The notes below the pieces were generated by a model. That model did not search any database. It was not told the DNA's origin and saw only the letters and a list, made by a program, of their open reading frames with translations. A program made the translations under genes and the position numbers. This document shows, piece by piece, positions 30,294 to 41,448 of a DNA stretch of 64,000 nt; within the stretch, counting starts at the first letter, position 1; each line of letters opens with the position of its first letter. The stretch is from an uncultured Lachnospiraceae bacterium (GTDB lineage: Bacteria; Bacillota; Clostridia; Lachnospirales; Lachnospiraceae), in the NCBI GenBank assembly GCA_910577115.1, contig CAJTMC010000002.1, positions 33,559 through 97,558 on the forward strand. The letters are read 5' to 3'.

Positions 30294-31163
30294 TTACTCT
30301 TTCACCGCGCCAATATTAACACCCTTCACAAAATACTTCTGCAAAAACGGATACAAAATCATAAACGGCAAAATCGCCGAAATAATACCCGCATTAAACA
30401 GCGTATTCTGCGATACCTCATACGCCGTATTCGGTGTATCGCCGTCCATAATCATGTTTCTGAGTTTATACTGGAAGTTTGTCTGGTTCGGATCCGTAAT
30501 ATAAATCTTAACCGTCGAGTAATCATTCCATACTGCTACGGAGAACATCAATCCAATCGACGCAAGCGCCGCCTTAGAAAGCGGGAGTACAATCGTAAAG
30601 AAAATGCGCATCGGCGAACACCCGTCAATTCTTGCCGCTTCAAATAAAGATGCGGGAATCCCTTCAAAGAAGTTCCGCATGAGAACAAGGTTATACACAT
30701 TCATGCCATGTTTAAAAACAAGTATCCACATATTGTTTACAAGTCCCAACTGCTTCATTACCAAATACTCCGGAATCATACCGCCTGAGAAAATCATGGT
30801 AAACATCAGAAAATACGCAAAAAATTCACGTCCCGGCATGTCAAACTGCACCAGTACATAACCGCCAAGCGTCGAGAGCACAAGTCCGAGAAACGTGCCA
30901 AGCAGCGTCGTAATAATCGAGTTGATAAACGGTCTGTACAGCGCGTTTGTCTGAATAATTGTGCGATAGCCGTCCAGCGTGAACTGGCTTGGCCAAATCT
31001 GGAACTGATATACGCCAACCTTATTGAGCGAGTCAACCACAACCTTCCAAATCGGTATAATGACAATTAATCCTATGATAATAAACACAATATAATTAAT
31101 AATATCAAAAGCCGATGTGCGCTCACTTGGCTTTTTTGTTTTGATTTCTTTTTCCTTTGCCAT
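30294..31163 (-). CDS. Carbohydrate ABC transporter permease
   Basis: EAARIDG loop, FSGGMIPEY, QKYFVKGVNIGAVKE. Confidence 0.93.
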   Translation of the reverse strand: MAKEKEIKTKKPSERTSAFDIINYIVFIIIGLIVIIPIWKVVVDSLNKVGVYQFQIWPSQFTLDGYRTIIQTNALYRPFINSIITTLLGTFLGLVLSTLGGYVLVQFDMPGREFFAYFLMFTMIFSGGMIPEYLVMKQLGLVNNMWILVFKHGMNVYNLVLMRNFFEGIPASLFEAARIDGCSPMRIFFTIVLPLSKAALASIGLMFSVAVWNDYSTVKIYITDPNQTNFQYKLRNMIMDGDTPNTAYEVSQNTLFNAGIISAILPFMILYPFLQKYFVKGVNIGAVKE

Positions 31164-31175
31164 ATCCGCACCTCC

Positions 31176-32129
31176 TTATACAATACCGCGTCCACGAGTC
31201 TTCTTGCTTGCCCAGTTACAAACAAGCACAAGCAGGCATCCTACTGCTGACTTGAAAAGACCTACTGCTGTTGAATAACCATAGTTTGGCAGCGCAATCG
31301 CAAATGTCTGACGATAAATATAAGTCGAAATAACATCAGATACATCATATACTGCATTGTTATAAAGTACGAATACAGATTCGAACATGTTCATAACCTT
31401 TGCAAGGTTCAGAATCAATACCGTAATAATGGTATTGGCAAGTGCAGGCAGCGTTACAAAGCGAATCTTCTGCATACGCGTTGCACCGTCAATATCTGCC
31501 GCCTCATACAACTCAGGATTAATACCGGAAAGCGTTGCAAGGAAGATAATGGTTCCCCAACCTGTCTCTTTCCATATATTAATAAGGTAGAAAATCGGAC
31601 GCCACCACGTTTTACTTGCAAGGAAGTAGATATACTTTGTCGTATCACCATGAAACAGGATACCGTTTACCATACCGGTAGACGACGGTGAAAGGAACAA
31701 GCTGAAAATAGATGCAACTACTGCCCAAGACATAAAGTGCGGCAGATAAATAATTGTCTGCAGCGTCTTTTTCGCAAACAGATTCTTCATTTCATTTAAG
31801 AAGATTGATACCACAACTGCGGAAATATTTGTGATAATCAGCTTTATGATACTCAATTCCAGAGTATTTTTAAATGCAGTCCAAAATGCCGGCGTCCCGA
31901 ACATCTTTACAAAATGTTCAAAGCCGACAAAGACTTTGGGTCCTACAGGCTTATAATCATAAAATGCATAGCGCACGCCAAGCATAGGCCAATAGTTCAT
32001 AATCAGCATGAAAATTACCACAGGCAGGAACATGACATAATATCCTCTGTTGTTCCATATGCGGAGTCCCAAAGGCTTATGACGGACTTCTACGCCGCCC
32101 GAGGTCATTACAACTTGTTTTTTTGCCAT
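31176..32129 (-). CDS. Carbohydrate ABC transporter permease (LplB-like)
   Basis: YLPHFMSW, LYEAADIDGA, AVGLFKS. Confidence 0.93.
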   Translation of the reverse strand: MAKKQVVMTSGGVEVRHKPLGLRIWNNRGYYVMFLPVVIFMLIMNYWPMLGVRYAFYDYKPVGPKVFVGFEHFVKMFGTPAFWTAFKNTLELSIIKLIITNISAVVVSIFLNEMKNLFAKKTLQTIIYLPHFMSWAVVASIFSLFLSPSSTGMVNGILFHGDTTKYIYFLASKTWWRPIFYLINIWKETGWGTIIFLATLSGINPELYEAADIDGATRMQKIRFVTLPALANTIITVLILNLAKVMNMFESVFVLYNNAVYDVSDVISTYIYRQTFAIALPNYGYSTAVGLFKSAVGCLLVLVCNWASKKTRGRGIV

Positions 32130-32235
32130 ACCGTTCTCATCCTTTCCTTTTCTTATTTAAAGCAGGCGCTCTGCCATGCACGACACACCCGCACATAGCA
32201 GCAGCGCCTTAATTTTTATGGCGTATTGAGTTTTT

Positions 32236-33879
32236 TTATTGATTCAACTCAGCCAGACACTGGTCAATGATAGAACCGACCGTATCCACATAAGTCTTCA
32301 TCGCCTCGTCCACATCGCCGCCTTCCACAACAACCTTTGTGATAACAGCGAGCTTTGCATCATAAATGGTGCCGCCTTCATTGGTATACGTCTCGGAAAT
32401 AGGAGACATTGGCGCATCCTTGCTGTTTTCCGTAAAAAACTTATTGCCCTCTGCCATCAACGTGCTTGAGTCGCCGTAACCGTTGGTCAATTCGCAGACC
32501 ACAAGGTTTGGATCAAACAGATTCTTTGTCCATAACGAATTCGGATCGGTCATAGAAGGAAGCAGATGGAACGTTCCCTCCTCGTAGCTGTAATCCTTGC
32601 GCTTCTCCGGATCGTCCGCATTCGTTGAGAACTCCTCCGCCTTAAGCGACCAGTGTACATCCTCCGCGCCAAACGTCCAAATCGTCTGCACCACGTCGCC
32701 GTCCATCATCGTTTCAAAAAACGCATCGAAAATCGCCTGCTCACGCGCATTGTCACCGTCGCCGTCGTCAAGGATTACCCAAACCGGCGCTTCGCGGTTA
32801 ATGTATGCGCCAACCTCGGCAATCGGTGGTAATTGTACCAGCTCGGAATCAACGCCATTCTTGGAAAAACTGTCTGTCAGCGTCTGATACCAGCGTCCCG
32901 CCCAATAGGTAAATGCGGCGGAGGAACCGGTCTGATCGTTGGAATACCATTTCTCACGCGCAATTTTTGTCGATGCAGTAAGCGATTCCGGATCAATCAC
33001 GCCGTCCGCGTATGCCTGCTGCAGCCTTAACAATGCCGCCTTTGTTTCCTCTGTTTGGAAACCGTCATACCATACGCCGTCCTCCCCCTGAAGAATTGCC
33101 GGATACGCGTCCTGCCAAAATTCCGGAAGATAATTAATGTAGGGCGCCTCAAATCCGATGAAGCCTGCCGCTATCACGCCATATGTATCCCCGTCTACAC
33201 CGTTTCCGTCCGGATCTTCGTTGTGGAACCGCAGCATCATGTTGTAATAGTCATCATATGTCTTGATATCATCAATATTGATGTCAAGTGCGTCAAGCCA
33301 CGCCTTTTTGACATACGTCACACAGCCGTTTCCATAAGCCGGAGAAAAACCGTAAAGCCTTCCGCCGCCCTTTTCGCGAAGCGCCTCGTTGATTTGCGGC
33401 AAAAGCATTCTCTCCTGAAAATCGGCGTTGTCGTACGCCTCTGTCATATCCCAGAGAAGCCCCGTCGGCATATACTGTGAGAACATGTCCGCGGACATTA
33501 CCATGACGTCCGGATAATCGCCGCTCGCAAAGAGACGTCCGACTGCATCCGTATATCCGGAATGGTCAATCTGCTGGATTTCAAGGTCAATGCCGACCGC
33601 TTCTTCCCACTGCTTTTCCACGTCCTGCTGTCCACTCTCAAGGTCTGCCGTCATTGTGCCGTCAACCACCATGACAATCTTTTCAAGCGGATAGTCGCTG
33701 CCTGTGTCTGCCACAGGTTCTGCCGGAGTCGGTGTGGCATCGCCGTCTTGAGAAACGTTTGTATTATTATTATTACTGTCCGCCGCAGGCACCGTTTCGT
33801 CCCCGCCTTTTGCACCGCACGCCGTAAGCGACGTGAGCATTGCGCCTGCCAAAAGGATTGCAATTAATTTTCTTTTCAT
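32236..33879 (-). CDS. Carbohydrate ABC solute-binding lipoprotein 2
   Basis: Lipobox LTAC, DPDGNG motif, position in the operon. Confidence 0.9.
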   Translation of the reverse strand: MKRKLIAILLAGAMLTSLTACGAKGGDETVPAADSNNNNTNVSQDGDATPTPAEPVADTGSDYPLEKIVMVVDGTMTADLESGQQDVEKQWEEAVGIDLEIQQIDHSGYTDAVGRLFASGDYPDVMVMSADMFSQYMPTGLLWDMTEAYDNADFQERMLLPQINEALREKGGGRLYGFSPAYGNGCVTYVKKAWLDALDINIDDIKTYDDYYNMMLRFHNEDPDGNGVDGDTYGVIAAGFIGFEAPYINYLPEFWQDAYPAILQGEDGVWYDGFQTEETKAALLRLQQAYADGVIDPESLTASTKIAREKWYSNDQTGSSAAFTYWAGRWYQTLTDSFSKNGVDSELVQLPPIAEVGAYINREAPVWVILDDGDGDNAREQAIFDAFFETMMDGDVVQTIWTFGAEDVHWSLKAEEFSTNADDPEKRKDYSYEEGTFHLLPSMTDPNSLWTKNLFDPNLVVCELTNGYGDSSTLMAEGNKFFTENSKDAPMSPISETYTNEGGTIYDAKLAVITKVVVEGGDVDEAMKTYVDTVGSIIDQCLAELNQ

Positions 33880-33892
33880 TGATTCCCTCCAA

Positions 33893-35518
33893 TTACTGGT
33901 TCAACTCAGCCAGACACTGGTCGATAATCGAACCGACTGTATCCACATATCCCTGCATCGCCTCATCAATATCGCCGCCTTCTACAACGACCTTCGTAAT
34001 TACGGCAAGCTTTGCATCATAAATGGTACCTGTTTCATTAGTAAAGGTTTCCGATACCGGAGACACCGGAGCATCTACGGAATTTTCCGTAAAGAACTTG
34101 TTGCCTGCTGCAGCAAGCTCTGTCTGTGAAGAATAACCGTTTGTCAGCTCACATATGGTCAGTGCAGGATCAATATGATTCTTTTTCCAAACACTGTTCG
34201 GATCGTTGGGAGACGGCTTTAAGTGAAATTCTCCCTCCCCATAAGAATAAGATTTTTCGTTTTCCGTACCCGGATTTGTCACGAACTCCTCCGCGTGCGT
34301 TGACCAGTGGACATCCTCCGCGCCGTATGTCCAAAGCGTCTGAACCACGTCGCCGTCCATCATCGTCTCAAAAAGTGCGTCAAACACTGCCTGATTTCGC
34401 ACCGGATCACCCGAATCAATGATTACCCAAACCGGAGCCTCCTTGTTGATGTATGCGCCAACCTCGGCAATCGGCGGAAGCTGTACAATATTAGGATCTA
34501 CATCGTTTTTGATAAAGTTGTCCGTAAGCGTCTCATACCATGAACCTGCCCAATAAACGAACACGCCCGACGAACCGGTCTGATTGTTTGAAAACCATTT
34601 CTCGCGCGCAGTCTTTGTCTGTGCTGTCAGCGACTCGGGATCAATACAGCCGTCCACATATCCCTGACGCAGCCTTAAAAGCGCTGCCTTTGTTTCCTCT
34701 GTCTGAAAACCGTCATACCATACGCCGTCTTCTCCCTGAAGAATGGAAGGGTATGCGTCCTGCCAAAACTCAGGAAGATAGTTGATATAAGGCGCGTCCG
34801 TTCCGATAAATCCGGGCGCCACAACGCCGTATGTATCGCCGTTTACACCGTTTCCGTCCGGATCCCCATCGTGGAATGCCTTGAGCATTGCATAGTAATC
34901 GTCATATGTTTTGATGTCGTTAATATCCATTCCCACTGAATCAAGCCATGCCTGCTTTACGTAAGTAACACAGCCGTTTCCGTAGGCGGGCGCAAATCCG
35001 TATAAGCGTCCCTCGGAATCCTTTAAGTTCTTGTTAATTTCCGGAAGAATCATTCTGCTTTGGAAATCCGCATTGTCATATGCATCCGCCATATCCCACA
35101 GAATGCCTGTCGGAGAATACTGCTTAAACATACTTGCCGACATAATCATTGCATCCGGATAGTCCTGACTTGCAAAAAGACGTCCGACTGCATCTGTATA
35201 ACCTGAGTGATCCATCTGCTGAATTGTCAAAGGAATGCCGACCGCATCCTCCCACTGCTCCTTAAATTCCGCCTGTCCATTATCAAGCGTTGTCGTCACC
35301 GTACCGTTCACTACGATGGTGATCCCCGTATCACCAAGAATTTCATGGTAATCCGCCTTTTCCGCCGAATCTGCCGCACCTGTTTCCGGCGCTGCTGTCG
35401 TTCCGGTATTATTGCTGTCTGCCGCAGGCGTCGTTTCGTCCCCACCCGTTGCGCCACACGCCGTAAGCGACATGAGCATCGTGCCTGCTAAAAGGATTGA
35501 AATGAATTTCCTTTTCAT
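33893..35518 (-). CDS. Carbohydrate ABC solute-binding lipoprotein 1
   Basis: Lipobox LTAC; close paralogue of the adjacent gene. Confidence 0.9.
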   Translation of the reverse strand: MKRKFISILLAGTMLMSLTACGATGGDETTPAADSNNTGTTAAPETGAADSAEKADYHEILGDTGITIVVNGTVTTTLDNGQAEFKEQWEDAVGIPLTIQQMDHSGYTDAVGRLFASQDYPDAMIMSASMFKQYSPTGILWDMADAYDNADFQSRMILPEINKNLKDSEGRLYGFAPAYGNGCVTYVKQAWLDSVGMDINDIKTYDDYYAMLKAFHDGDPDGNGVNGDTYGVVAPGFIGTDAPYINYLPEFWQDAYPSILQGEDGVWYDGFQTEETKAALLRLRQGYVDGCIDPESLTAQTKTAREKWFSNNQTGSSGVFVYWAGSWYETLTDNFIKNDVDPNIVQLPPIAEVGAYINKEAPVWVIIDSGDPVRNQAVFDALFETMMDGDVVQTLWTYGAEDVHWSTHAEEFVTNPGTENEKSYSYGEGEFHLKPSPNDPNSVWKKNHIDPALTICELTNGYSSQTELAAAGNKFFTENSVDAPVSPVSETFTNETGTIYDAKLAVITKVVVEGGDIDEAMQGYVDTVGSIIDQCLAELNQ

Positions 35519-35913
35519 AATGTAACCTCCTAATTTGTTTCATTTTATTTATTTAATTGCGGGAGAAATGCTTGCATTTCTCTTAATTGTCGCTGTTGAG
35601 CGACAATTTGCCTTTCTTTATTTTATCACTGATACAAATTACATTTCTTCTGTATAGAAATTCACTTCTTGTGTTTTTTTAGATTTCAGACATTTATCTT
35701 TTTTTACAATTATGATATTGTTTTAGCAGTTATATGTCGTTAAACAAATGCGTACCGCATATTTGGAAGATTTTTGTATCTCTGCATTTTCAACAAAAGG
35801 TTGATTTTTCAATGCACAATTCAATAATTTGGTGATTGCAGTTGTAAAATGACTATGTTAGACTTCAAGTTACATAAATTGATTATAACGAAAAATGCAA
35901 AGGAGGGGAACAT

Positions 35914-36753
35914 ATGCCGCTACCATTAAAACCTGGCTATAATTTTAATTTTGCGCGGCTGCGCCGCCCACCGCATTTTGAAATGGCGGCTGCGGAGGCG
36001 TATACGGACTTCTATGGTCTTTCCTATATCGTGAGCGGGGAACGTATGGTCTATACTCCAAACGGCACCACACTCCTGCAGCAGGGCGATGTCAATTTTA
36101 TTCCGCGTTATGTATATACACGCTCTACGTATGTTTCGGAAGAACCATATGAATTTATTCTTCTTAAATTTACGGATGCAATGCTTTCCGACCTGTTAAA
36201 GGTGATTGGCGCCGATGCTTATAATGAGCTTTGCAACGAATCCATTATTCACTTTGAAAAGGCAGTGCAGGATAAAATTGTTTCGATTTTGGATGACATG
36301 GAACGAGAATGGAATAATTATAATGCCTATTCCGAGCTGGTTTTAAAAGGATTGTTGTACCAACTGATTATCATCTGCCTGCGCGAACGGACAATTGGCG
36401 GAATGACTATCCATGCTTTGGAGAAAAAGCATGACTGCCTTTCTAACGCTATCAAGTACATCAAGGTGCATCTGCGGGAAAATCCTTCCCTGAAAGAAAC
36501 CGCGAAAGGAATTCATGTTTCGCCGTCCTACTTGTCGAAAATTTTTATCAATCAGCTACATACCTCTTATTCCGATTTCGTATTAAACGAAAAGGTACAG
36601 TGTGCCCAAAAGCTGCTTGTCAATTCCAAGCTGAGTATGACGCAGATTGCGCTGGAATCCGGTTTTTCAAGTAATGCTTATTTCAGCGACTGTTTTAAGC
36701 GCAGCAGGGGAGTCTCGCCGACGCAGTTTCGCAAGGAAAATGGGAATATTTAA
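35914..36753 (+). CDS. AraC family transcriptional regulator
   Basis: N-terminal cupin-like domain; SPSYLSKIF and IALESGFSSNAYFS...GVSPTQFR. Confidence 0.93.
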   Translation: MPLPLKPGYNFNFARLRRPPHFEMAAAEAYTDFYGLSYIVSGERMVYTPNGTTLLQQGDVNFIPRYVYTRSTYVSEEPYEFILLKFTDAMLSDLLKVIGADAYNELCNESIIHFEKAVQDKIVSILDDMEREWNNYNAYSELVLKGLLYQLIIICLRERTIGGMTIHALEKKHDCLSNAIKYIKVHLRENPSLKETAKGIHVSPSYLSKIFINQLHTSYSDFVLNEKVQCAQKLLVNSKLSMTQIALESGFSSNAYFSDCFKRSRGVSPTQFRKENGNI

Positions 36754-36769
36754 AATTAGTGCCAAAAAC

Positions 36770-36808
36770 AAACAGGACAAAATCCTTTATGGATTTTGTC
36801 CTGTTTTA
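36770..36808. terminator. Bidirectional terminator
   Basis: aaacaggacaaaatcc / ggattttgtcctgttt between convergent genes. Confidence 0.8.
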
Positions 36809-36838
36809 TGTTTCGGAATGATAATCTTATTCGCCAAT

Positions 36839-39160
36839 CTAGTTTTGTGTATTTGCCGGCTCAACAACTGTAATCTTAATGTTTGCTTTCTTGCCGGATG
36901 CCGTTACTGCACTGACTGTCGCCTTACCTGTACCGATACCGCAGATAATCGCACTGCCATTGTTCAGCTTTAATACCTTTACAACCGTAGCACCCTTCTT
37001 ATCTACATCATATCTTACAATCGGCTCTGCCTGCGTACCGCTTTTAGGCTCTACAGTCGGCGCTTCCATCACTTTCATTTCGCCAACATTTAATGTCATG
37101 CCCTTCTTATAGCTCTCAGGTACAATCACTTTCTTAGCCGGTGATGTAACATAAATTGTAGCTTCCGTTGCCACGGAACCGGTCGTTGCCAGTACTTTAA
37201 TCTCACTGCCCACAGGCGCGTTTGCCGGAATCATGTATACAAGCTTCTTGTCTGTGGCATTCTTTGCATCTGTCACTTTCTTATATCCGTTTCCATCCGC
37301 ATCAATATACCATGTAATCGGATCTGCTGCCTTCTTTGGCAACTGCTGTTTTACGTTAAACGTAACTTTCTCTCCTGCCATATTTGCAGCTGTATCAGAC
37401 TTCAAAACAATTTCCTCACACTTCGGTGTAGACTTTACCGTAAATGCTTTCTTAATTGTCTTAATCCTGCCTTTATCATCTTTGTAAACTGATGATACTG
37501 TAATCTTAGCCGAACCTTCTCCAACAACTTTCAGCTTACCGTTCGCTACTGTTGCTACTGACTCTTTGCTTGACTCCCACGAAATAGCCTCAGCCGCCTC
37601 TTCTATAGATGTCATCGGTGCATTAAATGTGATACCTGTTGCATAGTATGTAACTGTTCTGTCGCTTGGGTTTAATCTCTCTGTCTTCTTATTGATGTCT
37701 GCACCATTTTTAGTCCTTGCGATACCGGTAAATGAAACATCACTCTGCTTAACTATAATGCCTTCTAATGTCTTAGACTTTATGCCTTCCTTTTTATTCG
37801 TCGATGCCACTGTAATATCTACTGTGATTTCGTCAGCACCCTTCAAATTAGCTGCCGGAACAATATTATTATTTTTTGCTTTTACAAACTTGCTTGCCTT
37901 CTTTGTTTCCGGATCTATAACCGTAATCTTAAGCTTATCAACATTCTGCTCCGGTGTTCTCTTAATCTGTACCGGTGTTGTCTTGCCGGACCATGTTGTC
38001 TTCGATTCATTAATATACACTTCATCAATACGAATCAACTGTGCGGTAACCGTAACATTAAATGTCGCTTTCTTACCGCTTGTGGCTGTAGCAGTAACTT
38101 TTGCCTTACCCACTGCCACACCTTCAAGTACCGCTTTCGTCTGGTCATCCGCGTTCTTCGTTACTGTAACAATCTTTTCATTGTTCGAAGTCCACTTGAT
38201 ATCATCTGTCGTATTCGCCGGAGTTACTTCTACCGAAATATCCGCAACAGGATCTAACAGGTTTTGACCATCACTAAATCTTACTTCCGCTTTTCCCTTG
38301 TTTGACGCAGTCAGCTTAGTCACCGGCTCACCCTTTTTAATTGTCAGCTCTTTTTCTACAGGTTTTACATCTGTATTTGAAATTTCAGCTTTTACGGTAA
38401 TCATTGTGTCAGCGGTTTTCGCAGCCTTCTTGTCAACTGTTAAAACGCCATTACCGTTGACCGTGGCAGTCTTCGGATCAGCCTTAATCACCGAAAATGT
38501 AATATCATCCATCTCCTGCGCCGGATCGCCGTCTACCAATATAAAATCACGCAAATCATATGTATGGCCTGCAAAGAACTCCTGATTTTCCGGAATAGCC
38601 CATTCAAGCTTTGTAATCTCGCGCGTAACCATGACCTTTACACTTGCCAAATAGTCATCCGTACCGTCTCCGTCAATATCCAAGCCTGCCGTAACAGTAG
38701 CAAAACCTGCCTTCTTTGCATTGATCGGGCACTCCACCATACCATCCTTCTTCTTTGCGTCAACCGTTACAATGTTGTAGTCCGATGTTCTCCATCTGAG
38801 CAAATTGTTAATAGCCAGTTTTTCTTCCTCAGAAGTCGCCTCCTCATCTGCATAAAGAACTTCTGCCGTAAGGATCTCCTGCTCTCCTGCATTCATGACA
38901 ACTGATGCCGGAGAAATTTTAATACCCCTGATATTTGCCGCATTATCCGGCAATACCGTAGTATTTGTGCTTGTAGTAGACACGGTACCCGTCTGTGTAC
39001 CGGAATTTGTACCGGTATCCGTATCTGTCCCTTTGTCCTCACCGTCAGATATCCAATAATAATCAGCAAGTCCTGATGCAAATGCTGTCATCGGTGTTGA
39101 TACTGCCATTGCCGCCACCAGCGTGTATGCTGTCAGCTTCTTGATAAATTTTCCTCTCAT
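36839..39160 (-). CDS. Secreted multi-Ig-like (Big_2) surface protein
   Basis: Signal peptide ending AFA, Ser/Thr-rich linker, repeated W(T/E)S..VATV..G.A.IT motifs, rich in Lys/Thr/Val; GGAGGAG RBS. Confidence 0.85.
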   Translation of the reverse strand: MRGKFIKKLTAYTLVAAMAVSTPMTAFASGLADYYWISDGEDKGTDTDTGTNSGTQTGTVSTTSTNTTVLPDNAANIRGIKISPASVVMNAGEQEILTAEVLYADEEATSEEEKLAINNLLRWRTSDYNIVTVDAKKKDGMVECPINAKKAGFATVTAGLDIDGDGTDDYLASVKVMVTREITKLEWAIPENQEFFAGHTYDLRDFILVDGDPAQEMDDITFSVIKADPKTATVNGNGVLTVDKKAAKTADTMITVKAEISNTDVKPVEKELTIKKGEPVTKLTASNKGKAEVRFSDGQNLLDPVADISVEVTPANTTDDIKWTSNNEKIVTVTKNADDQTKAVLEGVAVGKAKVTATATSGKKATFNVTVTAQLIRIDEVYINESKTTWSGKTTPVQIKRTPEQNVDKLKITVIDPETKKASKFVKAKNNNIVPAANLKGADEITVDITVASTNKKEGIKSKTLEGIIVKQSDVSFTGIARTKNGADINKKTERLNPSDRTVTYYATGITFNAPMTSIEEAAEAISWESSKESVATVANGKLKVVGEGSAKITVSSVYKDDKGRIKTIKKAFTVKSTPKCEEIVLKSDTAANMAGEKVTFNVKQQLPKKAADPITWYIDADGNGYKKVTDAKNATDKKLVYMIPANAPVGSEIKVLATTGSVATEATIYVTSPAKKVIVPESYKKGMTLNVGEMKVMEAPTVEPKSGTQAEPIVRYDVDKKGATVVKVLKLNNGSAIICGIGTGKATVSAVTASGKKANIKITVVEPANTQN

Positions 39161-39196
39161 AACACCCTCTCCTCCATGTGTAATTGATACTCTGTT

Positions 39197-39225
39197 ATTA
39201 TATGTCTTACATCTTGACAATACAA
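39197..39225 (-). promoter_or_regulatory. sigma-A promoter of the surface protein gene
   Basis: TTGTAT-17-TATAAT. Confidence 0.6.
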
Positions 39226-39322
39226 GAAATTTTTCAAACAAAACCGGTTTTTTGCACATTTTTGTACGATTTGTACACAATTACGCGCAAATTCCTCTTT
39301 TATTTCATGCTAATGCCTATTA

Positions 39323-40300
39323 TCATAGTTCATTTTCCTTTGTGTTGCCGTCAGGGTCAAGCAGTCCAAACTCTAATTTTTTCACACGATACTGGATATC
39401 CTCCAATATTTTCCTGTTAGCGGATATAATGTCTGCCTGCAGCCCTGTCACAAACGTCTGAAATCCTATTATAATCATCATCGTCGCAAGTATAAGCGAC
39501 TGCACATGTCCGCTCCCGTTTCCGCCAAAATAAAAAAACAGAAATCTTATCCCTATCAAGGTTCCTGCCAGAATAAACACACTGCCAATCACCGTAAATA
39601 TCTTCATCGGTCTGTACATCAGAACCGCTCTTAAAATCGTCAATATGGATTTTTTGATGTATGCCGCCATTGAATTCATGAGCCTTGATTTTCTAAGTTC
39701 CGGATTTGTATGTACGGGGACCGAGGTAATTGCCATCTTGTTACGTCCTGCCTGCACAATTGTTTCCAGCGTGTAAGTATACTCATTGTGAACATTTACG
39801 CGCATTGCAGCTTTCCTGCTGTATGCCCGGAATCCGCTTGGCGCATCCGGAATGTCTGTTTTTGACGCGACCCGCACCACCCAGCTTCCAAATTTCTGCA
39901 GCTTTTTTTTGACAAACGAAAATTCGTCTATTTCATCAATCGGACGTTCGCCAATTACAATATCCGCCTCTTTTTTTAAAATCGGCTCTATCAGTTTACT
40001 GATATCTGCCCCACTATACTGATTATCCGCATCTGTGTTGACAATAATATCTGCGCCATGTCTGAGTGCAAGATCAATTCCTGCCAAAAATCCCTTTGCC
40101 AGTCCCAAATTTCTCTTAAAATGCACAATGTAATTGACACCCCACTCAAGCGCTATTCGTTCGGTATCATCACTGCTGCCGTCATTGACAATAAGATACT
40201 CTATCTCATCAATGCCGTCTATTTGTTTGGGCAAATCATTCAACGCTATTTCCAGCGTTTCCGCCTCATTGTAGCATGGTATTTGAATTATCAGCTTCAT
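39323..40300 (-). CDS. GT2 glycosyltransferase, polyprenol-phosphate glycosyltransferase (DPM/GtrB-like)
   Basis: IPCYNE, NDGSSD, TDADNQY, DAPSGFRAYS, two C-terminal TM segments. Confidence 0.88.
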   Translation of the reverse strand: MKLIIQIPCYNEAETLEIALNDLPKQIDGIDEIEYLIVNDGSSDDTERIALEWGVNYIVHFKRNLGLAKGFLAGIDLALRHGADIIVNTDADNQYSGADISKLIEPILKKEADIVIGERPIDEIDEFSFVKKKLQKFGSWVVRVASKTDIPDAPSGFRAYSRKAAMRVNVHNEYTYTLETIVQAGRNKMAITSVPVHTNPELRKSRLMNSMAAYIKKSILTILRAVLMYRPMKIFTVIGSVFILAGTLIGIRFLFFYFGGNGSGHVQSLILATMMIIIGFQTFVTGLQADIISANRKILEDIQYRVKKLEFGLLDPDGNTKENEL

Positions 40301-41448
40301 CCTTTTCCCCGTTTCAGCCTCCTTTCAAGCATCACAATCCATTGTACGCCGCTAAGCGTTCTTTCTATCCGGTCAACAGCCCTGCTTATGTCAAAGGTTC
40401 TTTCAATCCCAAGATACTCCAACGCCCAAAGGACTGCCTTCCGTCGAAGGACTCCTTTTTTGAGATGCTTCCGGCATTGCAGTTTGTCCTTATAGTATAC
40501 TGATTTTAAATACGCTCCAACTTCCTTGTGATATTGATGCCTGCTTTCCTTCTCATATTTCGGAATTTTGGCATCATTCTGATAAAGAATTGCAAAATGT
40601 TCACATAAGTTTATCCTACTATACTCTTTTAAAATCTCTTTGTCAACAATGGCTCTTTCGAGATATTTCGTCACATATGCATCATATTCGCGCATTTTCG
40701 CAATAATATCTTCCACAAAATGGCAGGCATGCGAGCGAGAGTCATCATCCAATCGCCAATAGTATCCCGTATAGCTGTCCGTTACTGCTTTCTTTGCGGC
40801 GCAGAGTGTTTCTGTCACAAAAAGCCAGTCGTCCTCGTAATCAATAAAACGTCGAAAGCAAAATTCGTTTACTATAAGAAAGCTTTTTTTATAAATACAT
40901 TTCCATAATGTACCATATAGATAATTACAGCTTTGTGCAAACGCATAATCATAACCGCGAAACAAAAGCGGATACAGCAATTCTCTCTTGATTTCTTCCG
41001 CTCCATAGACTCCGTCGCAAATACTTTCATAGGGACTTCTGTCGCCCTTTATCAGCCTTCCCGTACTGCATATTCCGATTTCCGCCCCATACGATATCAT
41101 TTTGTCAATCAGTTTCTCATACATGAAAGGCTCTACTATATCGTCCTGATCGCAAAAACAAACATATGTTCCGCAAGCTTCTGCAAGTCCTCTGTTTCTT
41201 GCCGATACAATCCCTTTGTTTTCCTGACGTATATACTTTACTCTCTTATTGCTTTCCATTGATTGTACACAAATGGCACTGCTGCCGTCCGTAGAACCAT
41301 CGTCAATCAGCAGCAGCTCTATCTCCTCATAAGAAGCATTCAGGATACTTTTTATCGCGGCCGCAAGGTATTTTTCACCGTTGTACACCGGCATAACCAC
41401 CGAAAGAAGCGGCTGATTTACTGAAACACCGACTCGTAATACTCCCAC
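40297..41448 (-). CDS. GT2 glycosyltransferase
   Basis: SVVMPVYN, IDDGSTD, FCDQDD, YEDDWLF; start uncertain. Confidence 0.9.
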   Translation of the reverse strand: MGVLRVGVSVNQPLLSVVMPVYNGEKYLAAAIKSILNASYEEIELLLIDDGSTDGSSAICVQSMESNKRVKYIRQENKGIVSARNRGLAEACGTYVCFCDQDDIVEPFMYEKLIDKMISYGAEIGICSTGRLIKGDRSPYESICDGVYGAEEIKRELLYPLLFRGYDYAFAQSCNYLYGTLWKCIYKKSFLIVNEFCFRRFIDYEDDWLFVTETLCAAKKAVTDSYTGYYWRLDDDSRSHACHFVEDIIAKMREYDAYVTKYLERAIVDKEILKEYSRINLCEHFAILYQNDAKIPKYEKESRHQYHKEVGAYLKSVYYKDKLQCRKHLKKGVLRRKAVLWALEYLGIERTFDISRAVDRIERTLSGVQWIVMLERRLKRGKG

